NCBI GenBank assembly: GCA_964188305.1
Contig: OZ076896.1
From: Podarcis bocagei
Taxonomy: Eukaryota
Direction: 5' to 3' (one strand)
DNA: 64,000 nt
Of the stretch, positions 1-14,468 are shown piece after piece. Numbering within the stretch: position 1 is the first letter of the stretch; each line of letters opens with the position of its first letter. A program made the translations under genes and the position numbers. The notes beneath the pieces were generated by a model. That model was not told where the DNA came from, searched no databases, and was given only the letters and a program-made list of their open reading frames with translations.

Positions 1-1213
1 AGATTGTGTCTTCCTCTTTGCTCCTCCTCTAACGCTTCAAGCACTCTGCCTGCATTGGGCTGGTTAAAAACCAACAACAAAAACCATTGTATATATGTCT
101 GATGAAATGCTTGTTCCTAGAAAAAGTAATAACTTTTTATCTTGAAGTGGCTTCAAGATTGAAACAAGGGCCAGCCAATCCGTGCTGTGCAGAGGTGGAG
201 CAGAGATGTGTTTTGTCTTTAATCAGCACAAGGGTCTCTCACTTGCCAAGATGCAGAGATGTGTGAATGTAGAAGCCTCTCAACTTTTTGTGCGGCTCTT
301 CTGTACAAGACGACAAACCCAGAATGTTGCCTGAAAGGGAATGCGATTCTCAGGCTGAAAAGGGTTTCCCAGCCCTGATTTAAAATATCAAGGCTATCCA
401 CGTGAATCTCTAACGGCGTTAATATTCTAGAAGTGTGATACTGAAATTGTTTATTAATTTAGTATCTAATGAACCATGCAACATGGTCCAGCACCTGTGA
501 ACTCAGAATAGGCTATGATCTAATCTAGGTCTGCAAGATCTGGTGCATGGAAGCTTTTGGCCATGCTCATGAATGCATAAATTAAGGTGTGCTATTGGGC
601 ATGAGGCCTCACACAATCTTGAAGAGTCTACAGCATTATTTAATGTGTAGTGTATGTTTGGCAGTATCTTGCCTCTAGCAATGTGTTTTGATTTCTGCCC
701 ATTCCTTGAGAATATAAATAAATGAGAGGGGTTTGGATTGCCTACCTAGTTGCTATATGTGAGAGTGACTCTCTGATGTTCTTCTATTGCTTCACGTCTG
801 CTATCACTGTCAAAGCGGTAGCATTTATAAATGTCTCACTTGTTTGCTTCCTGGAAACAAATGCCTTAGGGGGATAACAGTATAAAGTAAGTTGGGGGTT
901 AATCATGTCTGTCATTCTGTATAGGCAGAGCAGAGGTAGAAGTGTTTGCTATGAGAAATGCTGGAAACAGGAGCCTAGTATCCTGTTTCCCTGTATCAGC
1001 GAACCCTGGTTATTGGTTGGTTTGTTTTTACAATCTGTTGTTGCGTCCTCCTCCAATTCTTTCCCTTTGGGGGTGTAGTATGTCATGCTTCTTGATGCAA
1101 TCAATATCAGGGCTAGCCTTGGAAAATCATTTAAGATTCAAAGCCAGGGATATTTTTAATAATTGGGGGAGGGGAGCCCTATTATTGGAAGAACCGCATG
1201 GCTTCATCTTTAA

Positions 1214-1438
<225 letters not shown>

Positions 1439-3454
1439 TGAAATGGCAGTGTCCTCATTCCAGACATAAGAAAATCCATATAAGCCTGAGCTACAGGTTT
1501 TGAATTATGGAGAAATTAGTATTTCTCTGGCTCTAAGCATTTAAAATTAAATGTAGCTTTATGGTTGTTGATTTTTAAATGCAGGATACAATCAATAGCT
1601 GCTACCTGTCTTGCCAACTTTGGATAGTTGTTTCCAAAGTGAGCATAGAAAATGTAATCATATGGTTCCTCTGTACATAATAAAATACAGAATGTACTTT
1701 TGTTGTTGTTGTGCTATATATGTTCTCCTGGCATAGACTAGGTCTTAAAATGGATTCTATAAATGCCCCTCTTTCAAATTTTGTAGGTGTATTTGTTTAA
1801 AGCAAGACTCTGTCTTTAGACATTGAATTACAAGTCGTCGTCTCATAAGTCAACATACATATTCTCATACCTGTCAATGTTTGAAAGGGGTGTGTGTGAG
1901 AGAGAATTTGATTTTGGCCCCACCCACTGAGCACTGTTTCATGCTCAGTCACCAGCACATTGTGTAGTATGTTACTGTTTCAATATTTACATTTATAAGT
2001 AAATGGTGTGTTAAAAACAGATAAGGATCCCTTGTTGGTTCAGCCAACTGGGACCAAGTGAACTCTTGGATTACAAGCTCTGCTCTGCCACACAGCCATA
2101 ATGTGGAGCCCTTTGATGTTTTCTCTAGCATGCCCAAGGTCACCTTATGCAGATTGACACCCTTCAATCTGGCCAAAGGGTAGACAATTGTGAAGCCATG
2201 TTCCTAATGCAATTACGTGATGATTCTCCACTTAACATGTAGTAGGATCTCTGTTCAATTTCCATGAGTGGGGAAAGTTATTCTTTAACCATTTCAACTA
2301 TGAGTAGGAAAGGGAGCACTCGTCCTCCTAGTATGTGAACCCTGCAACCCCTGCTGGGGAAATGAAAAGACAAACACACACTCAAGCTGCATTTTCCTCT
2401 CACCGCTGAGTAATGTCTAAATTGTAACTAACAAGGAAAGGTTAGTGCCTTCCCCGCAAGTCATTTAGCACCTAGTCTAATAAACTTGAGAAGAGATAGG
2501 GAATAAAACAGAATGTTGGTAGTTTACAAAAATCCCAAGTGGAAATGGGTAGGGCAGAAGATGCTCTTATTTGTGGCAAGACAGTTGCTTTCAAGTTGTG
2601 GAAGCAAGTATCCAAAAAGGTTCCGTTCTCAGAGCCAAACTGGATGTTACATGAGATTTGTGTTTGTATCTCACATGTGCTGGTCTTTTTTAAAATAAAA
2701 AAAGAGAAGAACAATAAGGGGGAGGGAATACCTAACCATTTTCATTCCATTTTGGGGGTGGGCACCCCATCACACAAGTTGAAGCTGCTCTCTCTCCCAC
2801 ATGGGAGAAGATACAGGATCCCCATACAGACAGTGAAGCAGTTTGGGGAGAGCAAATTTAAGTGGACAAATGGTGGACGAAAGAGTTAGGCAGCACCTTC
2901 CTTTTAGTCTCCACGGCTACTTTTCAGTTAAAAAGAAGAGTAAGGGTTTTCTGTTCTCACATCTCCCATGTAATGTCCACCTTAACTCTCAGTCCTCCCA
3001 CACAGCAAATTGGTGGTTCCATATTCAGTGCGGATTTTCTGGGCTTTGGGGTGTTGGTGTTGAGTTTTTATTTTTATCTGCTGGTTAGGGGTGTGTGGGA
3101 GTATTGCTTGCTTCATTGTTTGGCAGCATGCTATCATGGTTACGGGAGTGTATTTCCCCCAAATTTGTTGTATGGAATATCAGCCCCTTTTCCCCCTATG
3201 GCATAGTGCATTTATATACATCTTTTCCAGTGCTTGGAGAATCTTTGGCTGACAAGGGACTAATGATAATTCCCTCTAAGAATTGCAAGTTTGAAACAGA
3301 AACCCATTATACAACCCCTGCCCCCAACAGAGCCTCTTCTTTCCCTGTGAGCAGAGGGGCTTGGAGTATCAAGCTCATTCAAGCAAGCATCCCTACACCA
3401 GTGGGAGATAACATCCCATGGGAAAACATTTTTCTTTCTAAAACTATAGGCTAA

Positions 3455-3622
<168 letters not shown>

Positions 3623-5431
3623 TAAGATATTCTATCTGGTCTTTGAAGAGCAGAGACTTTGGGTGGGATTTAGTGAACAAGTCCTGTCAGCAGAAACCTT
3701 GTGCAAGGTCTTCTGCATGCACCATGGAGATTCCCCCCATCTCCTCCTCCATGGCTAAGGGTGTGTCACAAGAACCCTGAAAACTGTGTGTAGGGGGAGG
3801 ATAGGGGCAGTCATTCCATCTGGCAAAGTGAAATGCTTGAGCTGACAACATAAATGCCTCTCTGATTCTGTATTAATCTCTAAAGAGAAGAAAGTTTTCT
3901 TCCCCAACACACTGCTGGTTTGCGTAAGGTACCTCCAATTGGTGTGGGAGTAAGATGCACCACAAAGGCACCTTTGCTTCCTTTTGTGCAGACACCCCTT
4001 CCAACTTGCTAGCTATGGCAGTGCACAAGAGGAAAAACAGGTACATTGCAAGAGATCGATTTTGCTGGGAGTTTGGAAAGTGACCAGTTGGTTTAATTGA
4101 TCTGGCCCACCCCTGCTATACCAACACATATTGATTTATTCAGTTATAGTTCAGGAGTCATCAGTTGTGCCAGTTAAAAAAAAAATGTCTGCTTGGTCAT
4201 AATTTAGAATACAAGTACAGTCACAGTGGCTTTCTTCCCACTACAACCTCATGCTTGCCGGTCCTGCTTGTGGAGATCATACCATATTGATCCTCCACAA
4301 CAATGATGCGGTTGTCTTCTAATAACAGGAAACATTCCATGGTACCAGGAAAGTCACACCATACACTTTCACACGCATCGCAAATGCAAACACTTCCAAC
4401 ACATGCAACTCCCTCCCCCCATTCTTGAGCATCTCCGCCCCAGATGAAGGAAATGCCTGCCATTTGCAATCAATCATCAATCCATTAAAACACACAAAAA
4501 ATACATTATGGATGCTAGCACAGTAGCAATTCCCTGATGTGGTTAAACAAGTGAGGCACCAGACTTCAGATGAGGCAAAGGGCCTTTCCAGCTGATGAAA
4601 AGCCCAAATTTTACTTCAAGCAAGTTCGCCTTATCCCTAAGGGTGCGATGCCATGTCCTCCTCATGGATAATGAGCTGCTTGCTGGAGGAAGACAGGGAC
4701 AAGCTGTACTCAATTTGTTACTTGGGGAGAAAACAAAACAAAAATATTGGCTCATGCAGACTTTTGCTTTTCCGACTGCTTTCCCCTAGGAAAACCCATT
4801 ATTATCTGCTGAATCAGAGCAAACATCAATCGGGTTTTTCATGGACTGACATTTGCTCTGATTGAGCGCTATTAAGAGTGGCTTTTCCTGGGGAAAGCAG
4901 AGGGGCAAACAGAAAACCGCTTGGACCCATGCTTTCTAGGCAGAAGACAAGCAGCAGTGTGGATGAGCCCTGAATGCTTCAGTGTTGGAGGGAAAGAGCT
5001 TGCAGTCGTGAGCAAAAAAAATTTAAGAATGAAATGATGGGATATACTGGAGCCTGGGCTGCGAGAAAAAGATGGAAAATTCCCATGCAGCATCCATTTC
5101 TTAAAAATAAAAAGGCAAATACCCATGGTGTGACTACAGCTACATCATCAGTACATATAAGTAAAGGAAACAAGATGGCAGGAAGCCAGTATACAAATAA
5201 TACTGAAAGGATTTTAAATAAAAGAAAGCAAGCCAAGCAACTTTGTTGGGGGGGGGGTGCCTGTTTCTGTTTCAGAAATTCTTTAATTGCCACTGGTTTC
5301 ACTTTAACAGCAGATGGTTGGGTGGTTACTGAATATTGTGCGTTGTGCAGAAACGAACATGAATCGTTCACATCTGACATATTATAGGCATGCCATGTTT
5401 TCTGAAGTCTCATAAGTATTTCCTCTTACAG

Positions 5432-5490
5432 AGAAGATCAGAGCAGAAAATAATGCTGGCACAGAATCCAAGAAATGTGCAATTTCATGA
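5432..5490 (+). CDS. ANKDD1B: ANKDD1B last coding exon, ending in CaaX box
   Basis: tcttacag|AG AAG ATC...TGT GCA ATT TCA TGA: EKIRAENNAGTESKKCAIS*. Phase matches the previous exon; human ends ...SKKCVVS as recalled. Confidence 0.88.
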
Positions 5491-6659
5491 ACTCAACCAC
5501 CAAAGAGCTGGAAACTACATACATTCTGGAATTTACAGGTGCCATTTTTATTTTTCAATAGAAGATGCTTCTTCAAAAGCAGCCAGTTTGTTCCCCAAAC
5601 TTCTATTTCAGTGCACTGAAACATATTTGTACGACAAAAGGTTTTTGGTTTTTTGGCAAAAGAATACCATGTATTTTTCTTACGGCAAACAATTCTATAG
5701 TGGACATGTGAATTAAAACTTTGCATTGGATACTTAACAGAATCTTGAGACTTAATGCAATGAATTTTATCTAAACTTCATAACCTGAAGGTTCTAATAT
5801 GAGGTTACCATACAGTACACAACTGATGTTCCTTCAGTATAAAGTGTTTTTCAGCATAATTTTTTCCTCCTAAAGTTTAAAGTTTCCTCCCTCTTATTTC
5901 TGCAAGTAGACACCTGGAAACCAAAAAAATATTTTTCCAGAATGGTGTGATGGTACAAAATTATACAAATTGTGTATTAGGGCTGAAAGAGCTGTACATA
6001 CCCAAGCTTTTGCAACCATCCTTGTCTCAACGCAACCTCCTGTGGTTTTTCAAAATGCTGTTCCTTGAAGTGGCAGTCAGCATTGGGAAGGGAAATTGAC
6101 AGAGCCTCTGCATGCAGTGCCTTAGATGTCCACAAAAGCCTCTTTGGATCCTGGGCCAAGAATATCCCAGCCTGCCCAGAGATCACCTGGAGGAGAACAA
6201 TTTCTTGTCCTTCTAGAACTCAGGCATTTAGTGTCGCCAGTCCAATTTTGTGAAATGCTCTCAGCTACTAATTTTCAGGTGTTTCTTGAAAATGTTTTTA
6301 TGGCAAGAGGCCTATTTAGCTGTCCAACCATTTTTCTTTCAAGATGACACCATCATTTTATTAATATTTTGTATTGCTTTCAAGGTATTTTCTATTTTAT
6401 TGAATCTGTAAAAATTTTTGTATACCATATGGCTATTTTATATGCAAGGGTGGTGTCTAAATAAATAACCATGGTCAAACTAGGTTTCAGTCACATGGGT
6501 GGCATAAATTATTATTACTATTATTGAACTAGTTCCTATCTGCCGTGGCCAAGAGTCAGGACTGATGGAAGCTGGTGTTCAACAACTGGAGTTGTTCCAT
6601 TTTGTGTCTTTATCATAAAAGTGTGAAACAGAGTACACATACAGGGAAGAATGCATCAC

Positions 6660-6895
6660 CAGAGTGGTGCATACTCCAGTTATCTCCCGCTTGGACTACT
6701 GCAATGCGCTCTACCTTTGAAGGTGACTCGGAAACTGCAATTAATCCAGAATGTGGCAGCTAGACTGGTGACTGGGAGTGGCTGGCAGGACCATTTAACA
6801 CCGGTCCTGAGAGATCTGCATTGGCTCCCAGTACGTTTCTGAGTACAATTCAGTGTTGGTGCTGACCTTTAAAGCCCTAAACGGCCTCAGCCCAG
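6660..6895 (+). mobile_element. L2-clade LINE fragment (RT C-terminal region)
   Basis: Translates to SRLDYCNAL / LPLKVTRKLQLIQNVAARLVTG...DHLTPVLRDLHWLPVRF / VLVLTFKALNGLSP, typical of L2/CR1-group ORF2 ends; frameshifted. Confidence 0.8.
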
Positions 6896-7320
6896 TGGAA
6901 CTGATAAAACTCAAATTCATCATGAAAGCATGCATTATGAGACCTTTAAAAGTGGAACTGCAGATGCCACTTTTTACAATTGGGAGGAACCAAAATGTTG
7001 CTATCATGAAAACAAAGGACTGGGACGTTACTTCTCTCTTACTACTTTATAAAAGCATCCATTTTCACTCAAATTACGTATATAAATGTACCTGCTACTC
7101 AGGGCAAAGAAACCTATTTCATATTGTATTTTGCCTTGTTTTCTCATTTGGTGACAGCAAAAATTATGGAGGAACACCCCCCCCCCCGAATTTCAAGTCT
7201 GATTGGTACATCAACAGTTTAGGGCTTCAGAATAATAAAAGATATACGTAAGGCACTATTGATGTTTATGTAGTAGAAATACTCGTGCTTCTTAAAATAT
7301 ACAGAGTTCAGTTTATCCTT

Positions 7321-7326
7321 TTTATT
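7321..7326 (-). terminator. POC5: Candidate POC5 polyadenylation signal (AATAAA on minus)
   Basis: tttatt ~270 nt downstream of the POC5 stop in AT-rich context; an alternative lies at 7460-7465. Confidence 0.45.
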
Positions 7327-7593
7327 AAAAACATTAAATAATCATTAATAAAATAGTTAAGAAAATAAGAATTTCAAGTAGACCTTATTTGCAGTTACAA
7401 AGAACTACATTGCACTAACTCAGGCGGTTTATATTTAAGCCTCAAAACATTTTTACATATTTATTATTATTAGTGAAAGGAAAAAACATGATGCATCCTT
7501 GGGGTATAAACATCAGGGAGCATTTTAAACTGTAACCTAGAATATTTGCCTCCACGTGTTCAAGGTAAAATACAAGCATTTTAACCTGTAAAC

Positions 7594-7740
7594 CTAGTCA
7601 ACCACCTTTATTGACTGGACGTTGCTGTGGGTCTGGGAGTGAGATTTCGCACTGTGTCCTGAAGGCCTCGCGCTGATAGCGTTAGAAAATTGGTGCAAAG
7701 TTCGAGGATATTTAGCAGCAGTAGCTTGAGGTATGGTTTG
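7594..7740 (-). CDS. POC5: POC5 last coding exon (coding exon 12)
   Basis: tttcag|CAA ACC ATA...GTT GAC TAG: QTIPQATAAKYPRTLHQFSNAISARPSGHSAKSHSQTHSNVQSIKVVD*, matching the POC5 C-terminus 'QTIPQATAAKYPRT...SIKVVD'. Confidence 0.96.
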   Translation of the reverse strand, partial: QTIPQATAAKYPRTLHQFSNAISARPSGHSAKSHSQTHSNVQSIKVVD

Positions 7741-9217
7741 CTGAAACATACAAGAAAAAAGCAGTTATTTTTCCTGTCCCATCTCATGATCTCAAACAAG
7801 CCCGTAACATTAGCAAGGTAGACCAGATACTCAAAGAGACTTTAGAAAATACTTCCATTAAAAAAAAAAAAATGTTTCCCATAGGTCATCAAATAAAAAG
7901 TGAAGCAACTGCTCAACTAGTAACTTTTCTATTTGTTCTCTGTAAATTGGAAAGTCAAATGTCCTACCTAGCAACTTAAAAGCTTTAAGAATGAAGAAGA
8001 GCCCTGCTGGATCCGACTGCAGAAGCCTATTTAGTCCCGTATTCCATTCTCAGTGGCCAACCAGGTGCCTGAGGAAAACTCATGCAGGGCATGAACTCAG
8101 CAGCAATTTTCTCACTCCACAGCAACTGGCATTTAGAAGTATACTGCCTCTGATCCTGGCCCATGCCTATTATTATTATTACTATTATTACTGATGTAAG
8201 TCACTTTGGGAGAATGTGGATTCCTTAAGGCCTCATATATCTAACATCACTGCTCTCTGCAGAAACTGTTATTGTGGCAGTGGCAAGCTTTTACACATTA
8301 GATGGATGGTATTTTCAGTGCCTCCTGAAGATCTTCCTCTTTTCATATGCTTTTATTTTATCCCGGTCTGCATCTGTATTGGAGCTATTTTTAACTATTT
8401 TAACATACGGAATTGTTTTTGATTGTTTCAAAAATGGAGCTGTTTTAATTGCTTTTATACCCTTCTTGTTTTATGGCTGTAGCTGTTTTCATAATTGTGT
8501 ATTCCATAATGTGGGCCATTATGGGAAAAGGTAAGAAATCTAATAAATGGACAAATTAATAATAACACTACCTGGAGAGAACATAGTCAAGGAGAAATTC
8601 AAGCCAGGAATTTTCTGATTTGCAGCTGCGCAGATTATGCATCACACCTGTTCACAAACTCCCCATCAAAGAGCACTGTAAACTTTTTAACTCTCACATT
8701 TCAAGTCAAACATCCCTCCTCATGTATTCTACAGTAGGTAAGCTAAGTTCCCTCACATATTCTTTCTTTGTATTCAAGATATACAGTCTCTTCAGTGAAA
8801 AAGTTGCAAAAAAGTAATGATTCCAGCAGAAATGGGAGTATGTTCCTCTCCTGCTGTCTTCTCAGACAAGCAGCCTGACTGACAGATTGTCATTAGGAAA
8901 AGTAGCACAATAGTACAGTCAAGCCTGTTCTTACAGCCTTTGGTCCTGCCTATATGTGTCCACTTAAACGCAAAAACATACATAGTGATTGACAAGAAAC
9001 ATTGCTTTCAAAAAGCTTTAGATGACCTTTGTTACAAGCTGTAGTTTAAGGAAACTGGCAGGAGAAAAAAACATGAGTCCAAGTGGCATCTGGACCTTTC
9101 AACGTACTGAAAGGTAAGGAGTAGGGTGAAAAGGATAGAGAACAAACATGAAGCTCCAAAAGGAATTAAGAATCACCTTTGAAAACTTCAGAGTTTATTC
9201 CAAGTCTCTTATCAGTT

Positions 9218-9253
<36 letters not shown>

Positions 9254-10744
9254 TCGGTATCTCAGAACCAACAAACTTTGTCAAGGTTTCCTACAGTTTC
9301 AAGGACTTACACTGAATATCTTTCTCATTTGGATGACTTCCTCCATCCCCCCCCCCAATTCTCTGCTTGTTCTGCTGAAAAGCATAACCCAAAGGCCTGG
9401 TTTATGCATACTGCTAAACTATGGTCCAATGGTATATTGCACAGGCTTCAGGTTTATGGACTTCCTTGCGCCCCAAACATATTGTGGCTATGCCAGACCG
9501 GGGGGGGGGGGGGACAACGGCACACAAGCCTAAGAACTTTGCATGTAACACAGAACCATAGTTTAGTCCTACTCCAAAAAGGGCCCTGTAGAGTGATATG
9601 CTTGCAAGATGCAACAGAAACTGACTCAGTCTTTAGTTCAGCAGCAAATGAGATGAAAAACCTCTTTCTGGGCTCTAACAGCTTCAGCTGCAGGAGTGGG
9701 CTCATGTAACTGCTCATTCTCCTATAAAACAAGAATTCGCTGGGCATAGAAAACAAGATATAAAGAGCATAGTCCTAGCATTCTTGACATACTAGCATTA
9801 TAAACGCTAGTTTTGTGGAGCATTCCAACATGCAAGCCCCCACCTGCAGTTTGGAAGAGGCTTCCCACCTTCTTGCTGCTTGTGGAAACAAGGCTTAAGA
9901 TGTTCACCAGAACCATTATGGATCACCTCTTGATCATGCAAGAACATGACTGACTGATTGCTGTCCATGGTGAAGGATTAAAATATAGTAAAAACACAGC
10001 TGGTGTGATGGGAGTCTGTATGAGTTCAACAAGATTTCAGAACAGGTATGGAGGGACTGCAGTGTCCCAAGACAATTGCTCATAATACTGCTGGTGTACT
10101 AATCAGACCAGACACCAAACAAACATATGGTCACCTCTAGCAGTTAACAATCAGATTCTAGTCCTGCCTCTAGCTTTTAGTAGAGACAGGAAACAGCTAC
10201 TTCGAATTACCACAAATATAAGAGGAATAGTTTTCAAAACCAGCATATGGTGTAGGGGGCAGGGAAGGCATTAGATGCAAAGTATAGCTTAGATTGAAAT
10301 GGGTGGATCATGCCACTCTCTTGACAGAAGGGTTAGAACTAAATAATATTGAGATCAGAAATGCCCTCTACTTGAAGAGCATTGAAAAAACAATTGTTCA
10401 TTGTGAGCATTACCAGGGTTTTTTTTTATCCACACCTTTATTTTTAATATACAGAATCATACTTCCAAGTACCTGGGGTATTCCCCGAATTATGTAACAA
10501 ACCATTATTATTTGAAAGTGGCCCCTTTTGCTTCCAAATCAATAGAGAACTCAGGTGTCTACAAACAGAGGGATACTATTGCTTCCCATACAAAACTTAA
10601 AATAATCTATGCTTGTGTACTGGATCACTCTAGCTACGTTTTGTACTTGATCTTTCAAACCGACACAGGAAATACAAACTTAAATCACAGAAGAAAAAAA
10701 AAAAAGGAAAAAGGCACACATTGCTTAAACTTCACATGACTTAC

Positions 10745-10921
10745 TTTAGTGACCGGATGATGTTTTTCCACAACAACAGAATTCATGGGAGGAGAAACAC
10801 CCAACACATCTAGGTTACTACAAATCCGATTCTTTAGTGCAAAATCAGGCCGGCCGAAGATTCTAGCAGTGATTGTCCTTCCAGCCTTCTGTTGTGCTGA
10901 AGTTACAACTCGACCCGAGGA
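10745..10921 (-). CDS. POC5: POC5 coding exon 11
   Basis: tcatag|TCC...AAA|gtaagt, 177 nt: [59 protein letters not shown] (conserved POC5 block). Confidence 0.96.
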
Positions 10922-11585
10922 CTATGACAGACAACACACAAATCCTAATTACACAGGGAATCGTGCACAGTGCTTTTTACAATCAGATACTATTTACCAG
11001 CTATGTGCATCAAAAAACACTATTACCCTGCAGCTTGGTCCCCAGAATATCTGATCTCGTGTCGGAAGCATGATGCCATGGTGTGGCAAAGCCAACCAGA
11101 GTTGATTACCTGATGACTTCAATGTTTCACTGTCAGTTTACATGAGCCTGGGGCCAAATTTATTTCAAAGGCATCCATGCTGCCTCAACAGGGCACATAC
11201 GGTTTTGCTGTGTGGCAGACACTACACAGGACTAAAAAGAGGGCTGGGCATTGCCCTAGCAACAGGGCACACCTCTCTTGCCCGCCACTGGGTATTTTCA
11301 TATTCCTGAATTTCATCCCCCAGTTCCACTGAACTCAATGGAACTTACTTCCAAGTAGGCATATCTAGTGATAATAAATGCTACTACTACTAATAATTCA
11401 TTTCATTTCTATACTGCTTTGTATTTTTAAGAAAAAAATCTCAAAGCAGTTAACAACCTACTTTAAAACATCAAATAAAACAATCCAGAATAAAATATTA
11501 CTTAAGAAAGTCAAAAATAAAGCATACAAATATAAAGCATACATTCAAAGTGTACACTGTGTTGTTAATAATATGGTTTGTTTAC

Positions 11586-11699
11586 CAGTTTTGGAATGGA
11601 CACAACGCCTGACCCTGTAGCAGCACCAGAGGCCAATACCATAGCAGCCGAGTCTAATCTGGTTTGGGAGGTAACTGCATGGCCGTGGTGAGAAGAAAA
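11586..11699 (-). CDS. POC5: POC5 coding exon 10 (Ala/Ser/Gly-rich)
   Basis: ttgcag|TTT...CTG|gtaaac, 114 nt, phase 0-0, open: FSSHHGHAVTSQTRLDSAAMVLASGAATGSGVVSIPKL. Confidence 0.75.
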
Positions 11700-11966
11700 C
11701 TGCAAAGCAATGAGAGAAAGTTGCAAACGTCCAATTAAAAGTTCTGTATCTCCAATTTCCCAGCCCAAATTATCTCCATAATGTATTAATCTGTTTTGTA
11801 GGAGACTAGCCCTATATCACCAGCATAACCTTAACATAACCCATCCTAACTGATTTTTTTCCTGATCTTTTCCCAATCTTGTCCACCAAATTTTTAACAC
11901 ATCTAGAATTACTGAAAGTAGGAGTTTGCTCCTGCGCAAAGTTATAGATTGCATTTCCTCACTTAC

Positions 11967-12175
11967 CAGATCCTCTACAGGAGCAGAGCCTGGAGCCGCA
12001 GTTAGAGGACGAGGAGTGGAAGGAGGAGGAGGTGGTGGTGGTGGTGGTGGTGGCGGCGGCAAGGAGGAGGATGGGGGTAAATGCCGATCAAAGTGAGATG
12101 TAGGAAGCTTTGCTGTAGGACCACCAGAACTACCAGTGCCAGCACCAGGTTCTGTTCTATCTGATAGCTCAACCA
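11967..12175 (-). CDS. POC5: POC5 coding exon 9 (Pro-rich, 13-Pro tract)
   Basis: ttctag|TG GTT GAG...CTG|gtaagt, 209 nt (phase 1->0): VVELSDRTEPGAGTGSSGGPTAKLPTSHFDRHLPPSSSL(P)13STPRPLTAAPGSAPVEDL. Confidence 0.88.
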
Positions 12176-13011
12176 CTAGAAACAAATTGCATGCAAACAT
12201 TCAGAACTGAATTGCATAGAAAGAGTTAAATCACAAATTGTGATTTATTTATTTTTGCATTTTGTACTGAATTCAACAAGCCATATAGCTGTATGAAGAT
12301 TTCAAAAACTAAATACACTGCTTAATATGTGCTATTCAATTTAGAGGCACAGCAAAAAGATCAGCATATTTACTCCAGTTTAGCACCCGTTGTCAACAAA
12401 ACTGTATGATGAAGGATCTTCTAAGACAGAGGCTGGTCATTTGTTATCTATATAAATATGGCAATTTACCGAGCAACTTCAATACATTAAAAAACCCAGA
12501 TCCTTTCTCCCGTGATAGTTGAGTGAATGAAATCTTTATTGCTAAAAGCTGTAAGCCGTCACAATTGGTAAATGCTTTTCTAAGTGGTCCCCGTGATAGT
12601 TGCAAACCAGCTGAACAAAGGGGAAAGTACAGAAGTAAAAAAGGGAAAGAAAATGTGCAAGCCTTCCTTGGTACCATCCCCATCAGGTTGGCAAAAATCA
12701 CAGGGCAGTGCCTTTTTAACTGTGGCACCCCGATTATAGAATTCCCTCACCAACCAAGCTGTAACTTTTTTTGGCATATCAAACTGACATTTTAATTTCC
12801 CCTACCTTTCCCCTCTGCTACCAAGTATATTGTTTGCTCATTCCCCTTTGTAGAACTGCTTTTATATTCTGAAGTACATTTTGTATTTCTTTAATACAGT
12901 AGTTAATTGTTTTCAAGGACTGTAAAACTGCCTTCAGAACAGATTTGGCCAAAAGGTGGAATATATATTTTTAGATAAATATGTAGTCGAATTTTTATTT
13001 TTTAAAAAATA

Positions 13012-13168
13012 TATTGTCCAGTAGCACATTATAGACCAACTAAGTTTGTTCTGGTATAAGCTTTCACGTGCATGCACTTAGTTGGTCTAAAAAGGTGCTA
13101 CTGAACAATTTTTATTTTTATTTTATTTTGTCTATGTCAGACCAACACGGCTACCTGCCTGAATCTAG
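13012..13168. mobile_element. Short Penelope-like element relic with inverted arrangement
   Basis: Inverted arms attgtccagtagcacattatagaccaactaagt / acttagttggtctaaaaaggtgctactgaacaat, followed by accaacacggctacc, which resembles the squamate PLE terminus as recalled. Confidence 0.6.
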
Positions 13169-13236
13169 ATAAATATGCAGTTATACATAGTTAGGCTTAG
13201 TTTCAGGGGTGTGTGTGTGAGAAGAATTAAGAGCAA

Positions 13237-13382
13237 GGGCTCTGTGGCACAATGGGTTTGGGTGTCTGGTTAACTGGAAGGCTGGTGGTTCGAGCCCACC
13301 CAGGGACAGAAGTGGGCAGAATTCATGCATTGCAGGGGGTTGGACTAGATAGGGTCCCTTCAAACTCCATAGTTCTATGATG
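13237..13382 (+). mobile_element. tRNA-head SINE with CR1-like 3' tail (Squam2-like)
   Basis: A-box-like tggcacaatgg, B-box ggttcgagccc, then the CR1-type tail gcattgcagggggttggactagat...ttctatgat. Confidence 0.65.
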
Positions 13383-14468
13383 ATCTCACATGGCTGATGC
13401 TTCAAAAATGAGGAGGGTTTTGTGATGAGGGTTTCAACAAAGAGAGAGGCAGTGGTATGCAAGAATTATTGAGAGAATTCCCAACAAAAGGGGCAAGCAA
13501 GGAACCTTTTGCCTGTTAAGCTAGGTTTCTTTCTTTTCTTTTCCCTGTGATCTCTGTCACAGCTGCTTTTAACTGGATTTTTAAATATTACATATTTTGT
13601 GTATTCTCCTTGTTTTATTCTTTGCAATTTAAAATCACAATACAAAAATATTAAATTGTTGTAAGCAACTCTAAGTGGTGCATGGGCACTAGAAGGGAGG
13701 GACAGAAACTTTTATTTAAATTTAAGGAAGTAAAAGAGTTTTGCTCAGTGACACACACACATTAATGCAAGAGCCGTCATACCTATTGGAAATATACTTT
13801 ACAGACTAACTTATTCCAGAACCCAGCAGGATCAAAAGGCCATCATTTGTTCCCAACTGTGCCTTTAATCACTGGAAATGGAACTAAGATATCATGGAAG
13901 ATTAAATACAGTTGCTCTCGTTCAAGGACGTGCAACCAGCTATTCTTCCTGAGAAATATTTCCACAAACAGCGACACCTTGTGTTATGTTGTGCCTTCTA
14001 TTTAGAAGTTGAGTTCAAAACCATACTACCCAGGGAAATTAAGTTCCACCCCCATTCCTCATAATATCTGGAATATGAGAAAGCATTGTCCTCTTCAAGC
14101 TTCACCAATGAAGTGTCAAACTTGCATGCCTTCCCACAAGTAAGTTCATTTGCAAGTAGTGTGAGCTGTTGGGCTTTCCTGCTTGCTGTATACACTTGCC
14201 AATATCAACAGAGGGAAAACAGATGTGGCAAGAAACAAAGTCACTCTATGGCCAATGCTAATATATAAAGCAGTCATGAGACAAAGGGACACATAAAAAT
14301 GAAACAGCACTGGTGAGGACCTTGGAAAGTGTCCGCAGACATACACAATGTTTCCGGTTACTCTTGCCATAAAGCTTTTTCTAGGACTAGAGTGACACCC
14401 TGTGGCAAGCTAGGTACATCAGATTTTAAAATAATTACGGTATTTCAATTATTTAGCCATTTGTACTA

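Noticed and set aside
4974-5413. Overlapping 137/144-aa ORFs
   Set aside because: Within the last ANKDD1B intron; no homology or splice support
9179-9709. 176-aa plus-strand ORF
   Set aside because: Non-ATG start, runs through poly-A/poly-C/poly-G tracts, lies antisense in the last POC5 intron, no recognisable domain
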